Below, piece after piece: positions 1 through 15,658 of a stretch of 64,000 nucleotides of DNA; position 1 is the first letter of the stretch, and every line of letters starts with the position of its first letter. Position numbers and translations under genes: made by a program. Under the pieces are notes generated by a model, which did no database searches, was not told where the DNA came from, and was given only the letters and a program-made list of their open reading frames with translations. Source of the DNA: an uncultured delta proteobacterium (GTDB lineage Bacteria; Myxococcota_A; Polyangia; Fen-1088); the NCBI GenBank assembly GCA_963737265.1, contig CAVTRY010000014.1, positions 160,001 to 224,000 on the forward strand, read 5' to 3'.

Positions 1-518
1 GCTTGACCCGATTGCGGCGGCGGCGTCGCCAGCTTGGTTTCGTCGACGATATCGTCCGCGTCGATGGCGATTTCCGATGAGACCACGTCGGTTCCGAGAA
101 AGATTTCTTCGGAGGCGGTGGGCACCCGAGCCACCTCGGGCTCGTCCAGACCGACGAGGACGTTCACCTTACGCATGAGCTCGTGGCGGTCGAGCGGCTT
201 GAACATGTAATCGTCGGCGCGCAGCTTGAACGTCTTGTGCTGCTCGAATTTTTCCGGCGACTCTTCGGCCGACGTCAAGATGAGCGGCACCTCTTTCAGG
301 TCGGCGTTGCGCTTGATCTTGTTGCAGATGGCGTAGCCCATCTTGTTGGGCTCCACCGATACCATCATCAGGGCCGGCAGGTTTTGCTTGGCCCAATCGA
401 CAACCTGATCGCCGTTGGTGATGTTCTTGATCGCGAAACCGTAGGGTTCCAGGGTGCCGACGATTGCGGCCAGGGCTGCTTCGTCGGGCTCCACACATAG
501 AAGCGTTCTCGTCGCCAT
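1..518 (-). CDS. FrzS-like protein with N-terminal pseudo-receiver domain (partial, runs off window start)
   Basis: Not in ORF track because it is open at the edge. Manual translation from ATG 518: MATRTLLCVEPDEAAL...LPALMMVSVEPNKMGYAICNKIKRNADLKEVPLILTS...FEQHKTFKLRADDYMFKP. CheY-like pattern with Ser at the phospho-Asp position; recalls the M. xanthus FrzS receiver. Confidence 0.75.
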   Translation of the reverse strand, partial: MATRTLLCVEPDEAALAAIVGTLEPYGFAIKNITNGDQVVDWAKQNLPALMMVSVEPNKMGYAICNKIKRNADLKEVPLILTSAEESPEKFEQHKTFKLRADDYMFKPLDRHELMRKVNVLVGLDEPEVARVPTASEEIFLGTDVVSSEIAIDADDIVDETKLATPPPQSGQ

Positions 519-584
519 GAGGATGACGGACGTTACTACGGATGGACGTCAAGAACCAGGCGGCGCCGCAGGCAACTTGATGTG

Positions 585-1364
585 TTACATGCGGTTGAGG
601 TAGGCCGTATCGACCCAGCTGGCCAAGGCGTCTTCATCCAGATCGGCGGTGAAGACGTAGTCGAGGCCGTCCGTCCCGCGCAGCGTTGCCGTTGCGACAC
701 CCCGGCGGGTGTCCACGTAAACCTGCCGCCCGTGCAGGACACGCTGGCGAGCCCCGGCCAGCGGTTCGCTGTCGGAGGGAAACACCATCACGCCCAAGCG
801 ATGTCCGGCCGCCACTTGGTAGACGACGTAGGCGCCGAAACGGTCGCGCACATTGACCAAACGTCCTCCTTGGCAATGCGAGCCGGTCTGGACCGAGGCC
901 GGCTGCAAGGTGAAATCAACCTTGCCGCGGAACCAGTCGGACACCTTGGCGCAGCTCTCCGACAGAACGTCGAGTGGCAGATCGCGGTGAAAGGTCGAAA
1001 TCGCCTGCTCGAGGACTGGGGAACGAACAGGCCGCTCGCGATTGGCGACGAGCAAAACAATCGCGGCCGCCGCCGCCATGCCGACGGTGAAGGCACGAGG
1101 ATAGGCCTGCCAGGGCCAGCGACGGCGCGGGGACGGAGCAACCGCCAACGCACCTTCAATGCGCGCCCTCAGTCCGACGGGAAGCGCCGGGCGTGGAAGA
1201 TGTCCACGCACCGCTGCCTTGAAGCGCGCCTGCAGTCGGCTGGCGTGGGCACAAGCCTCGCACGTGCGCAGGTGGGATTCGTAGGCCTGCCGATCCGCGC
1301 CGGCCAGCTCGCCGTCGACGTAGGCATGAACGACCGTGTCGGCTTCCGCACAAGAAAGGGTCAT
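585..1364 (-). CDS. Zinc-finger (zf-HC2) transmembrane anti-sigma factor
   Basis: YVDGEL...HLRTCEAC (HxxxCxxC) motif, central hydrophobic helix, 4-bp overlap with the upstream ECF sigma gene. Confidence 0.88.
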   Translation of the reverse strand: MTLSCAEADTVVHAYVDGELAGADRQAYESHLRTCEACAHASRLQARFKAAVRGHLPRPALPVGLRARIEGALAVAPSPRRRWPWQAYPRAFTVGMAAAAAIVLLVANRERPVRSPVLEQAISTFHRDLPLDVLSESCAKVSDWFRGKVDFTLQPASVQTGSHCQGGRLVNVRDRFGAYVVYQVAAGHRLGVMVFPSDSEPLAGARQRVLHGRQVYVDTRRGVATATLRGTDGLDYVFTADLDEDALASWVDTAYLNRM

Positions 1365-2017
1365 GCGGCACCCCCTTCCTGCTTCTTGCGGCGGAAGGTT
1401 TCAAAATCGACCAGCTTGTCGGCCTCTTCGGAGCCTGGTTCATCCTGAACGGTCTCGTTGGCGTCGTCCTTGGCGGCGTAGTCGCCGAGCATCTTTTGCA
1501 GCATGCGGCGTCCGCGGTAGAGACGGCTCATGACCGTGCCGGCCGGACATTCCATAACGTCCGCGATTTCTTTGTAGGACAGGTCTTCCAAGTCGGCCAA
1601 GATGACCGGCAAGCGAAACTCGGGTGGCAAGGTATCGAGGGCCTTCTCGACGTCGCGCGAGAGCATGCGACCGAACAGCGCGCTTTCCGCGTCGCGGGGT
1701 GCAGCGCCCTGAAATCGTCCCAGGTTGGCGGTGCTGGTCTCCGCCTCGCCCAGAATTTCTTGCTCGCGTGCCCGCTCGCGATAGCGGTTGCGGAACAGAT
1801 TGGTCAGAATGCGCAGAACCCAGGCTCGGCAATTGGTGCCAGACTCGAATCCGTCCCAGAAGCGATAGGCGCGCAGGATGGTGTCCTGGACCAAATCCTC
1901 GGCATCGCTTTGGGACTTGGTCATGCGCAGGGCGACCCCATACAGGGCTTGGAGATGAGGCATCACCTCGCGCTCGAAATCGGCATGTGAAGCAGAATGG
2001 CGAAGAAGCATGGTCAC
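1361..2017 (-). CDS. ECF-family RNA polymerase sigma-70 factor
   Basis: Region 2 DAEDLVQDT...RAW..RI..N and region 4 LSYKEIADVMECPAGTVMSRLYRGR. Confidence 0.95.
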   Translation of the reverse strand: MTMLLRHSASHADFEREVMPHLQALYGVALRMTKSQSDAEDLVQDTILRAYRFWDGFESGTNCRAWVLRILTNLFRNRYRERAREQEILGEAETSTANLGRFQGAAPRDAESALFGRMLSRDVEKALDTLPPEFRLPVILADLEDLSYKEIADVMECPAGTVMSRLYRGRRMLQKMLGDYAAKDDANETVQDEPGSEEADKLVDFETFRRKKQEGGAA

Positions 2018-2068
2018 TGCGATATCAACCGCCGGCAGCGCTGGACTATTCCCGCCCAGCCGGCCTAG

Positions 2069-3268
2069 CTAGGGAAGTTGGGCCGGGCTAACGACCTTGA
2101 TGAAATAGCGCTTAAGCCCAGAGCTCGCCACGTGGTCGGTGTAGGTGACGTAGACCCCGTCCGATCCAACCCAGGCTGAAACTGGATCGGTCTGTCCATT
2201 CGCGCTGGGCAGTACCAGCGCGGAGCCGTGGGGAACGGCGTTATATGTGAAGCGCACGACCTCGGGTCCGGCTTTTCGGTCGAGGCCGATGGTCGAGTCC
2301 GAGCCGGCAGGGGCGACCCACGCCGGATGAGGCACGCTCAACGGGCCGGAGAAATCGGCCGTGGCGAGAGCTAAGTTGGTGGAAACGGTTCCGTCTGGGC
2401 CGTTGCTGCTTGGATAGAAGATGGACAAGGAGATTCCGGCGGGGGTTTGGAATGCGATGTCGTAATCGCCGGTCGGTGTGGGTGAACCCACGATCTGGCA
2501 ACCAGCCACATCGCCGATGAGGGTATAATCTGTGCTGCTCGTGAGACTTCCCGCCTCGTCGAATTGCGCGGCACTCCACACGGCTGAACCAGGGATGGGT
2601 CTCACGACGGTGATGCCGAGTCCGTTCGTTCCGCCGGTGGTTGCGAGGCAGTCCCAGTCCGGGTTGGCGGTGGTGACAGGATCGCCGAATATCTGTGCAG
2701 GCGTGCCCGAGTTTGCTGCATTCGCTTCCAGCAAGAGGTAGTAGACCGGCTTGCCGGTACCCTGAACGCCCCAGGCCACGAAACCTACCTTGCCCGATGT
2801 GGCGGCGCCGGCGGCGACTTGGACCTTGGTGAGGTCGACACCGGCGGGAAGTGACGCCAGCACGACCGGAGCCACGGGGGCAGAGGCGCCTTCGTCCTGC
2901 ACGATGGCAGAAAGGTCGTACGTACCCGCCGTATTGAGGTTGACCACGAGAGCCACCAGCTGATCGCCGGGACTGGCGCTCATGGTGGCGGCGAAGAACG
3001 GCCCGAGCGCTGGCAGGGGCAGAGCGAAGCCGGTCTCTTGTGTGAGAACACCGTCGACGGAAACCCGCCCCCAGCGGACGTGAACACCGTCGTAGCCGGC
3101 CAGCGTAAAGCTGTCGCCCGCGCGTAGGAGCGAGGCATTCGGCATGCCCGCGAGCGACGACGAGGCGGGAAGCGTGAGATTGGCGGCTATGCTCGCACCT
3201 GGGGGCGAGTCGGAGCTGCAGGCCGCCTGACCGACGGCCAACCATGCTGCCATCCAAATCTTGGTCAT
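2069..3268 (-). CDS. Hypothetical secreted lipoprotein, beta-rich
   Basis: Long ORF (track start 3382). Likely start ATG 3268 gives MTKIWMAAWLAVGQAAC-SS, a lipobox-like signal; Gly/Ser/Thr-rich body. Confidence 0.6.
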   Translation of the reverse strand: MTKIWMAAWLAVGQAACSSDSPPGASIAANLTLPASSSLAGMPNASLLRAGDSFTLAGYDGVHVRWGRVSVDGVLTQETGFALPLPALGPFFAATMSASPGDQLVALVVNLNTAGTYDLSAIVQDEGASAPVAPVVLASLPAGVDLTKVQVAAGAATSGKVGFVAWGVQGTGKPVYYLLLEANAANSGTPAQIFGDPVTTANPDWDCLATTGGTNGLGITVVRPIPGSAVWSAAQFDEAGSLTSSTDYTLIGDVAGCQIVGSPTPTGDYDIAFQTPAGISLSIFYPSSNGPDGTVSTNLALATADFSGPLSVPHPAWVAPAGSDSTIGLDRKAGPEVVRFTYNAVPHGSALVLPSANGQTDPVSAWVGSDGVYVTYTDHVASSGLKRYFIKVVSPAQLP

Positions 3269-3537
3269 GGGCGGATCTTCGTGGGGATCCGTCATTCCGC
3301 CAAGCGAGCTGTTAGCGGCGGGTGCGTTGCATAAACCCGCGTTTTGGAGTGAAGCGGCCGGAAGCCCAAGGGCGATCCTCAAGCCGTACCCCCGCGATCA
3401 GCGCAGCGACGTCGCGGAAGGCGGCAGAAAAAGGGCGCCTTCCCAGGATGGACGCGCCACCCAGTTGGAGCGCTGAATGGTGGTCGTAGACGTCGTCGTC
3501 GTCGTGGCCCTGGCCGTGGCCGACTGAAGCCGGCGAT

Positions 3538-6552
<3,015 letters not shown>

Positions 6553-6690
6553 GGGAATCCTTCCGCCCCGCGCCAGGCGCGGGAAGGGTGTAAACTAAGG
6601 GCACTGGCCGTCCCCTGCAAGCCCTGGATTCACGGCCAGGGTTTCGTGAGAATTTGACCACACGGGCGCAGAGAGCACAGATGGGAGCCG

Positions 6691-7863
6691 CTAGCCCACG
6701 GCCTTCAGGGCCTGCGCCACGTCGGCGACGAGATCGTCGGGATTTTCGATGCCGGTGGAAACGCGAACATTGGATCCGGTGATGCCGGCAGCGCGCCGGG
6801 CCTCGGGGCTCATCGAGGCGTGGCTCATGGTTTCGGGGTGCTCGACCAGGGATTCGACCCCGCCCAAAGATTCCGCGAAGGCGAAGATCTGGAGTGCCTG
6901 GATGAACCGGAAGGCGGCCGCCTTGCCGCCGCGAATATCGAACGACAGCATGCCACCAAAGCCGGTCATCTGTTTCTTGGCCAGGCGGTACTGCGGGTGC
7001 GATTTCAGGCCGGGGTAGTAGACGCGCTCGACTGCCTTGTGGGCGGCGAGGAACTCAGCCAAGGCGCGGGCGTTGCGTTCGTGCGAGGCCATTCGGCACG
7101 GCAGGGTCCGGATCCCGCGCATGACCAACCAAGAATCGAAGGGCGACGAGCAAGTGCCGAGCGCATTGGTCATGGCGGCGATGGCGGTCGCGTGTTCGGG
7201 CGTGCGCGAAATGATGGCGCCGCCCACCATGTCGCTGTGGCCATTCAGGTACTTGGTCGTGGAGTGCACCACGATGTCGGCGCCCAAAGCGAGCGGCTTT
7301 TGGAAAATCGGCGACATGAAGGTGTTGTCGACGATGGTCAGCTGTCCGCCCTTGCGAGCGATGGCGCAGATGGCGGCGATGTCCACCAGGCCGAGTAGCG
7401 GGTTGCTCGGGGTTTCGATCCAAATGGCGCGCGTGTTCGGCCGAATGGCCTCACGCACGTTGCGCGGGTCGGACATGTCGACGAAGGAAAACGACAGGCC
7501 GCGCGTGGCGAGGACGGAGGCGAACAGCCGGTAGGTTCCGCCGTAGATGTCGTGGCCGGCGACGATGTGGCTGCCGGCCGGAAAGAGGCCCATGACCGTC
7601 GTCTCAGCGGCCATGCCGGTGGCGGTGGCCGACGCGCCCGCGCCACCTTCCAAGGCCGCTAGGCATTCTTCCAGCGCCGACCGCGTGGGGTTGGCGGTGC
7701 GGCTGTAGTCGTAGCCCTTGGTCTTGCCCGGTGCTTCGAAGGCAAAGGTCGAGGTTGCGTAGATGGGAACCGCGACGGCGTTGAAGGTGGTGTCCTTGCG
7801 TGTTCCGGTCTGAACGCAGATGGTTTCGGTCTGGTACTGGACGGCGCTGGCAGACTTCTTCAT
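6691..7863 (-). CDS. Cys/Met metabolism PLP enzyme (cystathionine gamma-synthase/lyase)
   Basis: YSRTANPT, ETPSNP, VDNTF, HSTTKYLNGHSD (PLP lysine), SLGGVESL motifs. metB versus mccB cannot be resolved by eye. Confidence 0.93.
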   Translation of the reverse strand: MKKSASAVQYQTETICVQTGTRKDTTFNAVAVPIYATSTFAFEAPGKTKGYDYSRTANPTRSALEECLAALEGGAGASATATGMAAETTVMGLFPAGSHIVAGHDIYGGTYRLFASVLATRGLSFSFVDMSDPRNVREAIRPNTRAIWIETPSNPLLGLVDIAAICAIARKGGQLTIVDNTFMSPIFQKPLALGADIVVHSTTKYLNGHSDMVGGAIISRTPEHATAIAAMTNALGTCSSPFDSWLVMRGIRTLPCRMASHERNARALAEFLAAHKAVERVYYPGLKSHPQYRLAKKQMTGFGGMLSFDIRGGKAAAFRFIQALQIFAFAESLGGVESLVEHPETMSHASMSPEARRAAGITGSNVRVSTGIENPDDLVADVAQALKAVG

Positions 7864-7912
7864 GGGGCCACGGGTCTAGCACGCGGCCGCCCCGACCGAA
7901 ACCGCGACCTCA

Positions 7913-9760
7913 TTACTCCTTGATGGCGGCCAGCGGGCCGCCCTTGGCGAACAAGGCGTCCACGCGCGCGGTGACGGCCGGATCGTCGGTCAAGGGCGGA
8001 GCGTGATGGCGTTTCTGCCGGGCATCGATGACGAGAGAGCCCGCGCAGCCCCAGTGTTTGTGCAGGGTGGCGGAGCCTATGCCCGCGATGTCGATGGCCG
8101 GATTCGAGCGCGTGAAGGTCACCCAAAGAAAGTTGTCGAGGCTGCGGGCGCAGAACTCGCTGTCGTCCACCAGCACGACGAGCGGAAAGGCGCTGATGGA
8201 ATCGGCTGCCGTATAGCCGGCGCAGAAAACGCCGAGATCGGCGGCCGTGCCGTCCGCAATCGCAGCATGCCCGGGTGCGCGCACGGCCAGCACGCCGGGC
8301 AGAACCACCCGTGCTTCGGAAAAGCCATCGGGCAGGCGCATGCCGGCGGGAACGGCCGTCGGCAGAGCACGCCGGGGCCGGCCCACCGCGGCCACGACAA
8401 CCTTCGACCCGCGGTGCAGCCCGGCGCCCGAGTAGTCGAGCGTGTCGATAGTGGTGCGGGTGTGGAAATGCAAATCGCGCTGCCAGTCCACGCGTAGGAG
8501 CACATGACGGAAGAACGCCGGGATATCGGCCACGCGCAGATCGGGGTCGTCGTTGTCGGCGACGATGAACAGATACTTCGCCAGCGACAGCTGGCCTTGG
8601 CCGAGCAGAGCGTTTGCTTGTGTAAGCAGTTCCTGGGGTTCGCTGCGTTCGGCAAAGGGCATGTAGCGCTCGCTGCCGATGGCGAGCAGAAGCGGGTGTA
8701 CCCCAGCCGCGTCGACGGCATGAACCGCGCGCACGCCAGGCAGCACGGCGGGAATGAGCGGGCCGGTGAGCTCGTGTACGAGCTGGCCGAATACGGTATC
8801 TTCCTGGGGCGGCCGGCCCACCACGGTGAAGGGCCAAACGGCGTCGCTGCGATGGTAGATGCGGCGCACGCGTAGCACCGGAAAATCATGCCGGAGGCTG
8901 TAGTAGCCGAGGTGATCGCCGAACGGCCCTTCCGGTTTGAGCAGGCCGGGGTGGATCTCGCCGAGGATGCAGAAATCGGCGTCCACGCACACGGGAAGCG
9001 GCCAGTCTTTCTTATGCGCGAGCTGGATGCGACGGCCGCTGAGGGCGCCGGCAAACGCCAATTCCGGAATGCCTTCCGGCAGGGGCATCATGGCCGCGAT
9101 GGTCATGGCGGGTGGCCCGCCGACGTAGATGTTCACGGGCAGGGGCTCGCCTCGACTGAGCGCCGCCGCGTGATGCACGCCGATGCCGCGATGAAGCTGA
9201 TAGTGCAGGCCCACCTCGCGATCCTTCTCGTACGCGCCGCCCGAGAGCTGAACCCGGTACATGCCAAGATTCGACGTACGGTGCCCAGGGCGGCCTGGGT
9301 CTTCGGTGTAGACCTGGGGCAACGTGATGAAGGCCCCGCCGTCGTCGGGCCAGCACTTGAGCTGGGGCAATTCGCCGACGGTGGTTTGGTTGGCAAAGAG
9401 CGGCCCGCCCGCCACGTGGCGCGGCCGGGTCCGCAGCAGGGTCATCGGCACGCTCGAATAGCGCAGCGGCCGCTTCCACAGCGCGGACGGATCTACGCGC
9501 AGCTCGATGAGGCGGCGAACCCTTTCGAGGGCGTCGCGAAAGATGAAGCGTGCGCGGTCGAGGGTCCCGAACAGATTGCTCGCCATCGGGAAGCGGCAGC
9601 CGCGCACGCGCGCGAAGTACAGGGCAGGACCGCCGGCACGAAACACCCGACGCTGGATCTCGGCCATCTCAAGCTCGGGATCGACCTCGCGGTCGATGCG
9701 GACCAGACGGCCATCGCGCTCGAGCGCGTGAACACACTCGCGGGTGGAGGTGTAGGCCAT
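7913..9760 (-). CDS. UbiD-family (prFMN-dependent) decarboxylase
   Basis: LVRIDREVDPELE, NLGMYR, EGPFGDHLGYY, GRPPQED motifs. Confidence 0.92.
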   Translation of the reverse strand: MAYTSTRECVHALERDGRLVRIDREVDPELEMAEIQRRVFRAGGPALYFARVRGCRFPMASNLFGTLDRARFIFRDALERVRRLIELRVDPSALWKRPLRYSSVPMTLLRTRPRHVAGGPLFANQTTVGELPQLKCWPDDGGAFITLPQVYTEDPGRPGHRTSNLGMYRVQLSGGAYEKDREVGLHYQLHRGIGVHHAAALSRGEPLPVNIYVGGPPAMTIAAMMPLPEGIPELAFAGALSGRRIQLAHKKDWPLPVCVDADFCILGEIHPGLLKPEGPFGDHLGYYSLRHDFPVLRVRRIYHRSDAVWPFTVVGRPPQEDTVFGQLVHELTGPLIPAVLPGVRAVHAVDAAGVHPLLLAIGSERYMPFAERSEPQELLTQANALLGQGQLSLAKYLFIVADNDDPDLRVADIPAFFRHVLLRVDWQRDLHFHTRTTIDTLDYSGAGLHRGSKVVVAAVGRPRRALPTAVPAGMRLPDGFSEARVVLPGVLAVRAPGHAAIADGTAADLGVFCAGYTAADSISAFPLVVLVDDSEFCARSLDNFLWVTFTRSNPAIDIAGIGSATLHKHWGCAGSLVIDARQKRHHAPPLTDDPAVTARVDALFAKGGPLAAIKE

Positions 9761-9781
9761 CCGTTCTGCCGCCTGGCCGGG

Positions 9782-9994
9782 CTAGTTCATGCCGCAGCCG
9801 CCCTGACCGCGGTTGCTGCACGATCCGCAGGGGCTGGGCGGCAAATCCGGCGTGCCCTTGCCGACAGCGACGACCGACATCACCCGTTCGAGATCGGTCG
9901 ATTGGCAAGAAGGACACGACGACTTGGCGTCGCCGAAGACCAGGTCTTCGAACTGGCTCGAACATTTGCGACACACATATTCATAAAGCGGCAC
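9782..9994 (-). CDS. FmdB-family zinc-ribbon protein
   Basis: GTG 9994 with upstream AAGGAG RBS; MPLYEYVCRKC..FE.L......CPSCQS. The longer track ORF (to 10819) overlaps the opposite-strand peptidase and is not credible. Confidence 0.88.
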   Translation of the reverse strand: MPLYEYVCRKCSSQFEDLVFGDAKSSCPSCQSTDLERVMSVVAVGKGTPDLPPSPCGSCSNRGQGGCGMN

Positions 9995-10105
9995 GCGAGA
10001 ACTCCTTTTGCGAAGCCCAAGGTTAGCAGCAGTCGGGCTTCCGTCCGGAGAATCTACTCTCATCTGGCGAGTTCCGAAATGCTTCCTCTGGCATAATGGT
10101 CCATC

Positions 10106-10750
10106 TTGCGCGGATCGAATTCTGGTGCGACGGCACTCGGCATCTGTGTCGCGTTGCTGTTTGCCACCGACAGCTACGGCGTGGTTTTCCGCGGCACCCG
10201 CGCGCCCATTTCTCCCGACCTGGCCACGCGCATGCGCCAATATTCGTGGCGCGAAGGGTGCCCGACTGCCGTTGCAGACCTGGCCTACCTGCGCCTGAGC
10301 CACTTCGGCTACGACGGATCCGTGCACGACGGAGAGCTGGTCGTCCACAAGGATGTCGCAGACCAAGTGCTGGTCATCTTCAGGGCGCTGTTCAGGCGGC
10401 GTTTTCCCATCGAAAAGATGCGCGTCATCGACGACTACCAGGGCAGCGACGATGCCTCGATGGCGGACAACAACACCTCGGGGTTCAACTGTCGGTTCGT
10501 GGCGGGCAAGCCGGGTGTCTTTTCCAAGCACAGCCAAGGCCGCGCCATCGACATCAATCCGCGCACCAATCCCATGGTCACCGCCGACGAAGTTTCGCCG
10601 CCCACCGGCGTGGGGTTTGTGGATCGGCGCAGGAATGCCAGCGGGATTCTGCGCGCCGGCGATGCGGCCGTGGTCGAATTCACACGTCGGGGATGGACGT
10701 GGGGAGGGGCGTGGGCCGCGATGAAAGACTACCAACATTTCGAGAAGTAG
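10106..10750 (+). CDS. M15-family peptidoglycan metallopeptidase
   Basis: NNTSGFNCR, SKHSQGRAIDINP (SxHxxGxAxD), W.WGG.W, DYQHFE zinc ligands; N-terminal signal-like stretch. Confidence 0.9.
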   Translation: MRGSNSGATALGICVALLFATDSYGVVFRGTRAPISPDLATRMRQYSWREGCPTAVADLAYLRLSHFGYDGSVHDGELVVHKDVADQVLVIFRALFRRRFPIEKMRVIDDYQGSDDASMADNNTSGFNCRFVAGKPGVFSKHSQGRAIDINPRTNPMVTADEVSPPTGVGFVDRRRNASGILRAGDAAVVEFTRRGWTWGGAWAAMKDYQHFEK

Positions 10751-10856
10751 GCCGACCCAACAAGACGCTCGCCCCATTCGCATGCGAGAATTCTCCTTTG
10801 TCTGGGCGCACTGGATCATGCACTAATACACCGATGCCTAAAGGAGACTGGTCGCG

Positions 10857-11597
10857 ATGATTCGTGGGAAGAAAGTGGTTGTCGTCATGCCCGCCTACAA
10901 CGCGGGCAAGACGCTTCGATCCACCTGTGCGGAAGTGCCGATGGATATCGTGGACGAGATCATCCTCGTCGACGACGCCAGTCGAGACGAGACCGTGGCG
11001 GTGGCCAAGGAGCTGGGGCTCAAGACGGTCGTGCACCCGCGCAACCGCGGCTACGGTGGTAACCAGAAATCTTGCTACAAAACGGCGCTCGCAGCAGGCG
11101 CCGACATCGTCGTCATGCTCCATCCCGACTACCAATACACGCCCAAGTTGGTGTCGGCCATGGCCTACGTTTTGGAATCTGGCCTCTACGACGTCGTCCT
11201 CGGCTCGCGCATTCTGGGTGGCCAGGCGCTCAAGGGCGGCATGCCGATGTACAAATACATCAGCAATCGCTTCTTGACCATGGCTCAGAATCTTCTCATG
11301 GGAGCCAAGCTGTCCGAGTACCACACCGGCTACCGCGCCTTTACCCGCAAGGTGCTTGAAACCGTGCCCATCGAGAGAAATTCGGACGACTTCGTGTTCG
11401 ACAACCAAATGCTGGCGCAAATTCACCACGCCGGCTTCAGCATCGCCGAGATCACCTGCCCAGCCAAGTACTTCAAGGAAGCTTCGTCCATCAACTTCAA
11501 CCGCAGCCTGCGCTATGGCCTTGGTTGCCTCTCGACCGCGCTGCGCTTTCGCCTGAGCAAGATGCGCATTCTCCGGTCGAAGCTGTTTAGTCCCTAG
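10857..11597 (+). CDS. Glycosyltransferase family 2 (DPM1-like)
   Basis: VVMPAYN, LVDDASRD, NRGYGG, HPDYQY, GSR motifs; GGAG RBS upstream. Confidence 0.92.
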   Translation: MIRGKKVVVVMPAYNAGKTLRSTCAEVPMDIVDEIILVDDASRDETVAVAKELGLKTVVHPRNRGYGGNQKSCYKTALAAGADIVVMLHPDYQYTPKLVSAMAYVLESGLYDVVLGSRILGGQALKGGMPMYKYISNRFLTMAQNLLMGAKLSEYHTGYRAFTRKVLETVPIERNSDDFVFDNQMLAQIHHAGFSIAEITCPAKYFKEASSINFNRSLRYGLGCLSTALRFRLSKMRILRSKLFSP

Positions 11598-11786
11598 CGG
11601 GGCGCACGTCAGACGGTGTCCCTCGCCGACAGTAGGGCTTTCCCTTACAGTGTGGGGCCATGCCGCCAGGGAAAGATTCAGCTTGTGGGCTCGGACGAGT
11701 TCGTATCACAATCGACGCTCACCCCGGCTGGGCCAGTGAGCGGGGCCACTCGAGTCCCGTCGGCAGTCGTCGTACGCAGCAGGCAA

Positions 11787-12599
11787 ATGTTCATGGGCGC
11801 GACAATCAAACGGCTCCTTCTTGCGCCGATACTTGCGATTTCGGTTGCCTGCACGGTCAACTCCTCGGGCATCGGCGTCGTCAGCGCGGGTGGAGCCGGG
11901 GCAACCCGCGCTGACGGCGGTCAAGGCCACGACACCGGCCGGTTCTTCGACGTGAACCCACCTGGATCCGGTGGCGGGACCGGTGGCGGCGGAGCGGCGG
12001 GCGGGGGCAACGCCGACTTGGGACCGGTGGACACCGCGGCCTCAAAATGCGCGGAGCGCGGCGGCCAGTATGGTCCCGCCGGATGCGTCTTCGATTGCAG
12101 CGTGCCGGGAGCCTGTGCGGCAGCCATCGTGTGCCCCTCTGGACAGCCCTGTCAGGTCACATGCGGTACTTCCGGTTGCGCCGGCGGCGTCGACTGCGCG
12201 CAAGGAAAGAGCTGCACCATCGCTTGCGGTCAGGGGAACTCTTGCGCCGGCCCGGTCGTGTGTAGCGGCAGTCAGTGCACGGTCACCTGTGCCGAGGACA
12301 GCGCCTGTGCCGGTGGCGTGACTAGCAGCGCGGCCAGCGCGCAGATAAGCTGCGCTGGCCAGAACAGTTGCGGCGCAATCGTGGCTTGCTCGGGAAATCA
12401 GTGCAATATCGGCTGCGGCGGCAATGGTTCCTGCAAGGCAGGCGTTGTCACCAGCGCGAGTAGCAACGCGATCCTTTGTGCCGGTGTGAATTCGTGCAAA
12501 CAGAGCGTGCAGTGCAGCGGTGCGAGTTGCCAGATCGGGTGCACCGGATCGGGCGCCTGCGCGGGTGGCAAGTCTTGCTTTGCCAGCACGTGCAGCTAG
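11787..12599 (+). CDS. Cys-rich repeat lipoprotein (21-aa repeats)
   Basis: Likely start ATG 11787 or 11793: IKRLLLAPILAISVAC lipobox, Gly-rich linker, then about 8 units of C-x3-C-x5-C-x5-C-x4. Confidence 0.75.
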   Translation: MFMGATIKRLLLAPILAISVACTVNSSGIGVVSAGGAGATRADGGQGHDTGRFFDVNPPGSGGGTGGGGAAGGGNADLGPVDTAASKCAERGGQYGPAGCVFDCSVPGACAAAIVCPSGQPCQVTCGTSGCAGGVDCAQGKSCTIACGQGNSCAGPVVCSGSQCTVTCAEDSACAGGVTSSAASAQISCAGQNSCGAIVACSGNQCNIGCGGNGSCKAGVVTSASSNAILCAGVNSCKQSVQCSGASCQIGCTGSGACAGGKSCFASTCS

Positions 12600-12759
12600 C
12601 TCGGTCGGGCGAGGGCCGCCCCAGGTTTGCGCTCCTTCCTCGGGCACGTTCGGAGCTGACCTCGGCGCCGGAACAGTGTATGTTGGCCCAGGGACTCGGC
12701 CAAGGTTGCTGGGAATCTCGCCCACGTTCCCGTAAGATCAAGCAGTAATACGCTGATAC

Positions 12760-15594
<2,835 letters not shown>

Positions 15595-15658
15595 CGCGAG
15601 TTTGCCAACAGCCGACTGGGCGCGCCAGGCGCGCGCTGATAGACTCCGCCCGCAAACC

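Noticed and set aside
3476-3522. GTC/GTGGCC low-complexity run downstream of secA
   Set aside because: Short, degenerate and single-copy in this window; not enough to call an element.
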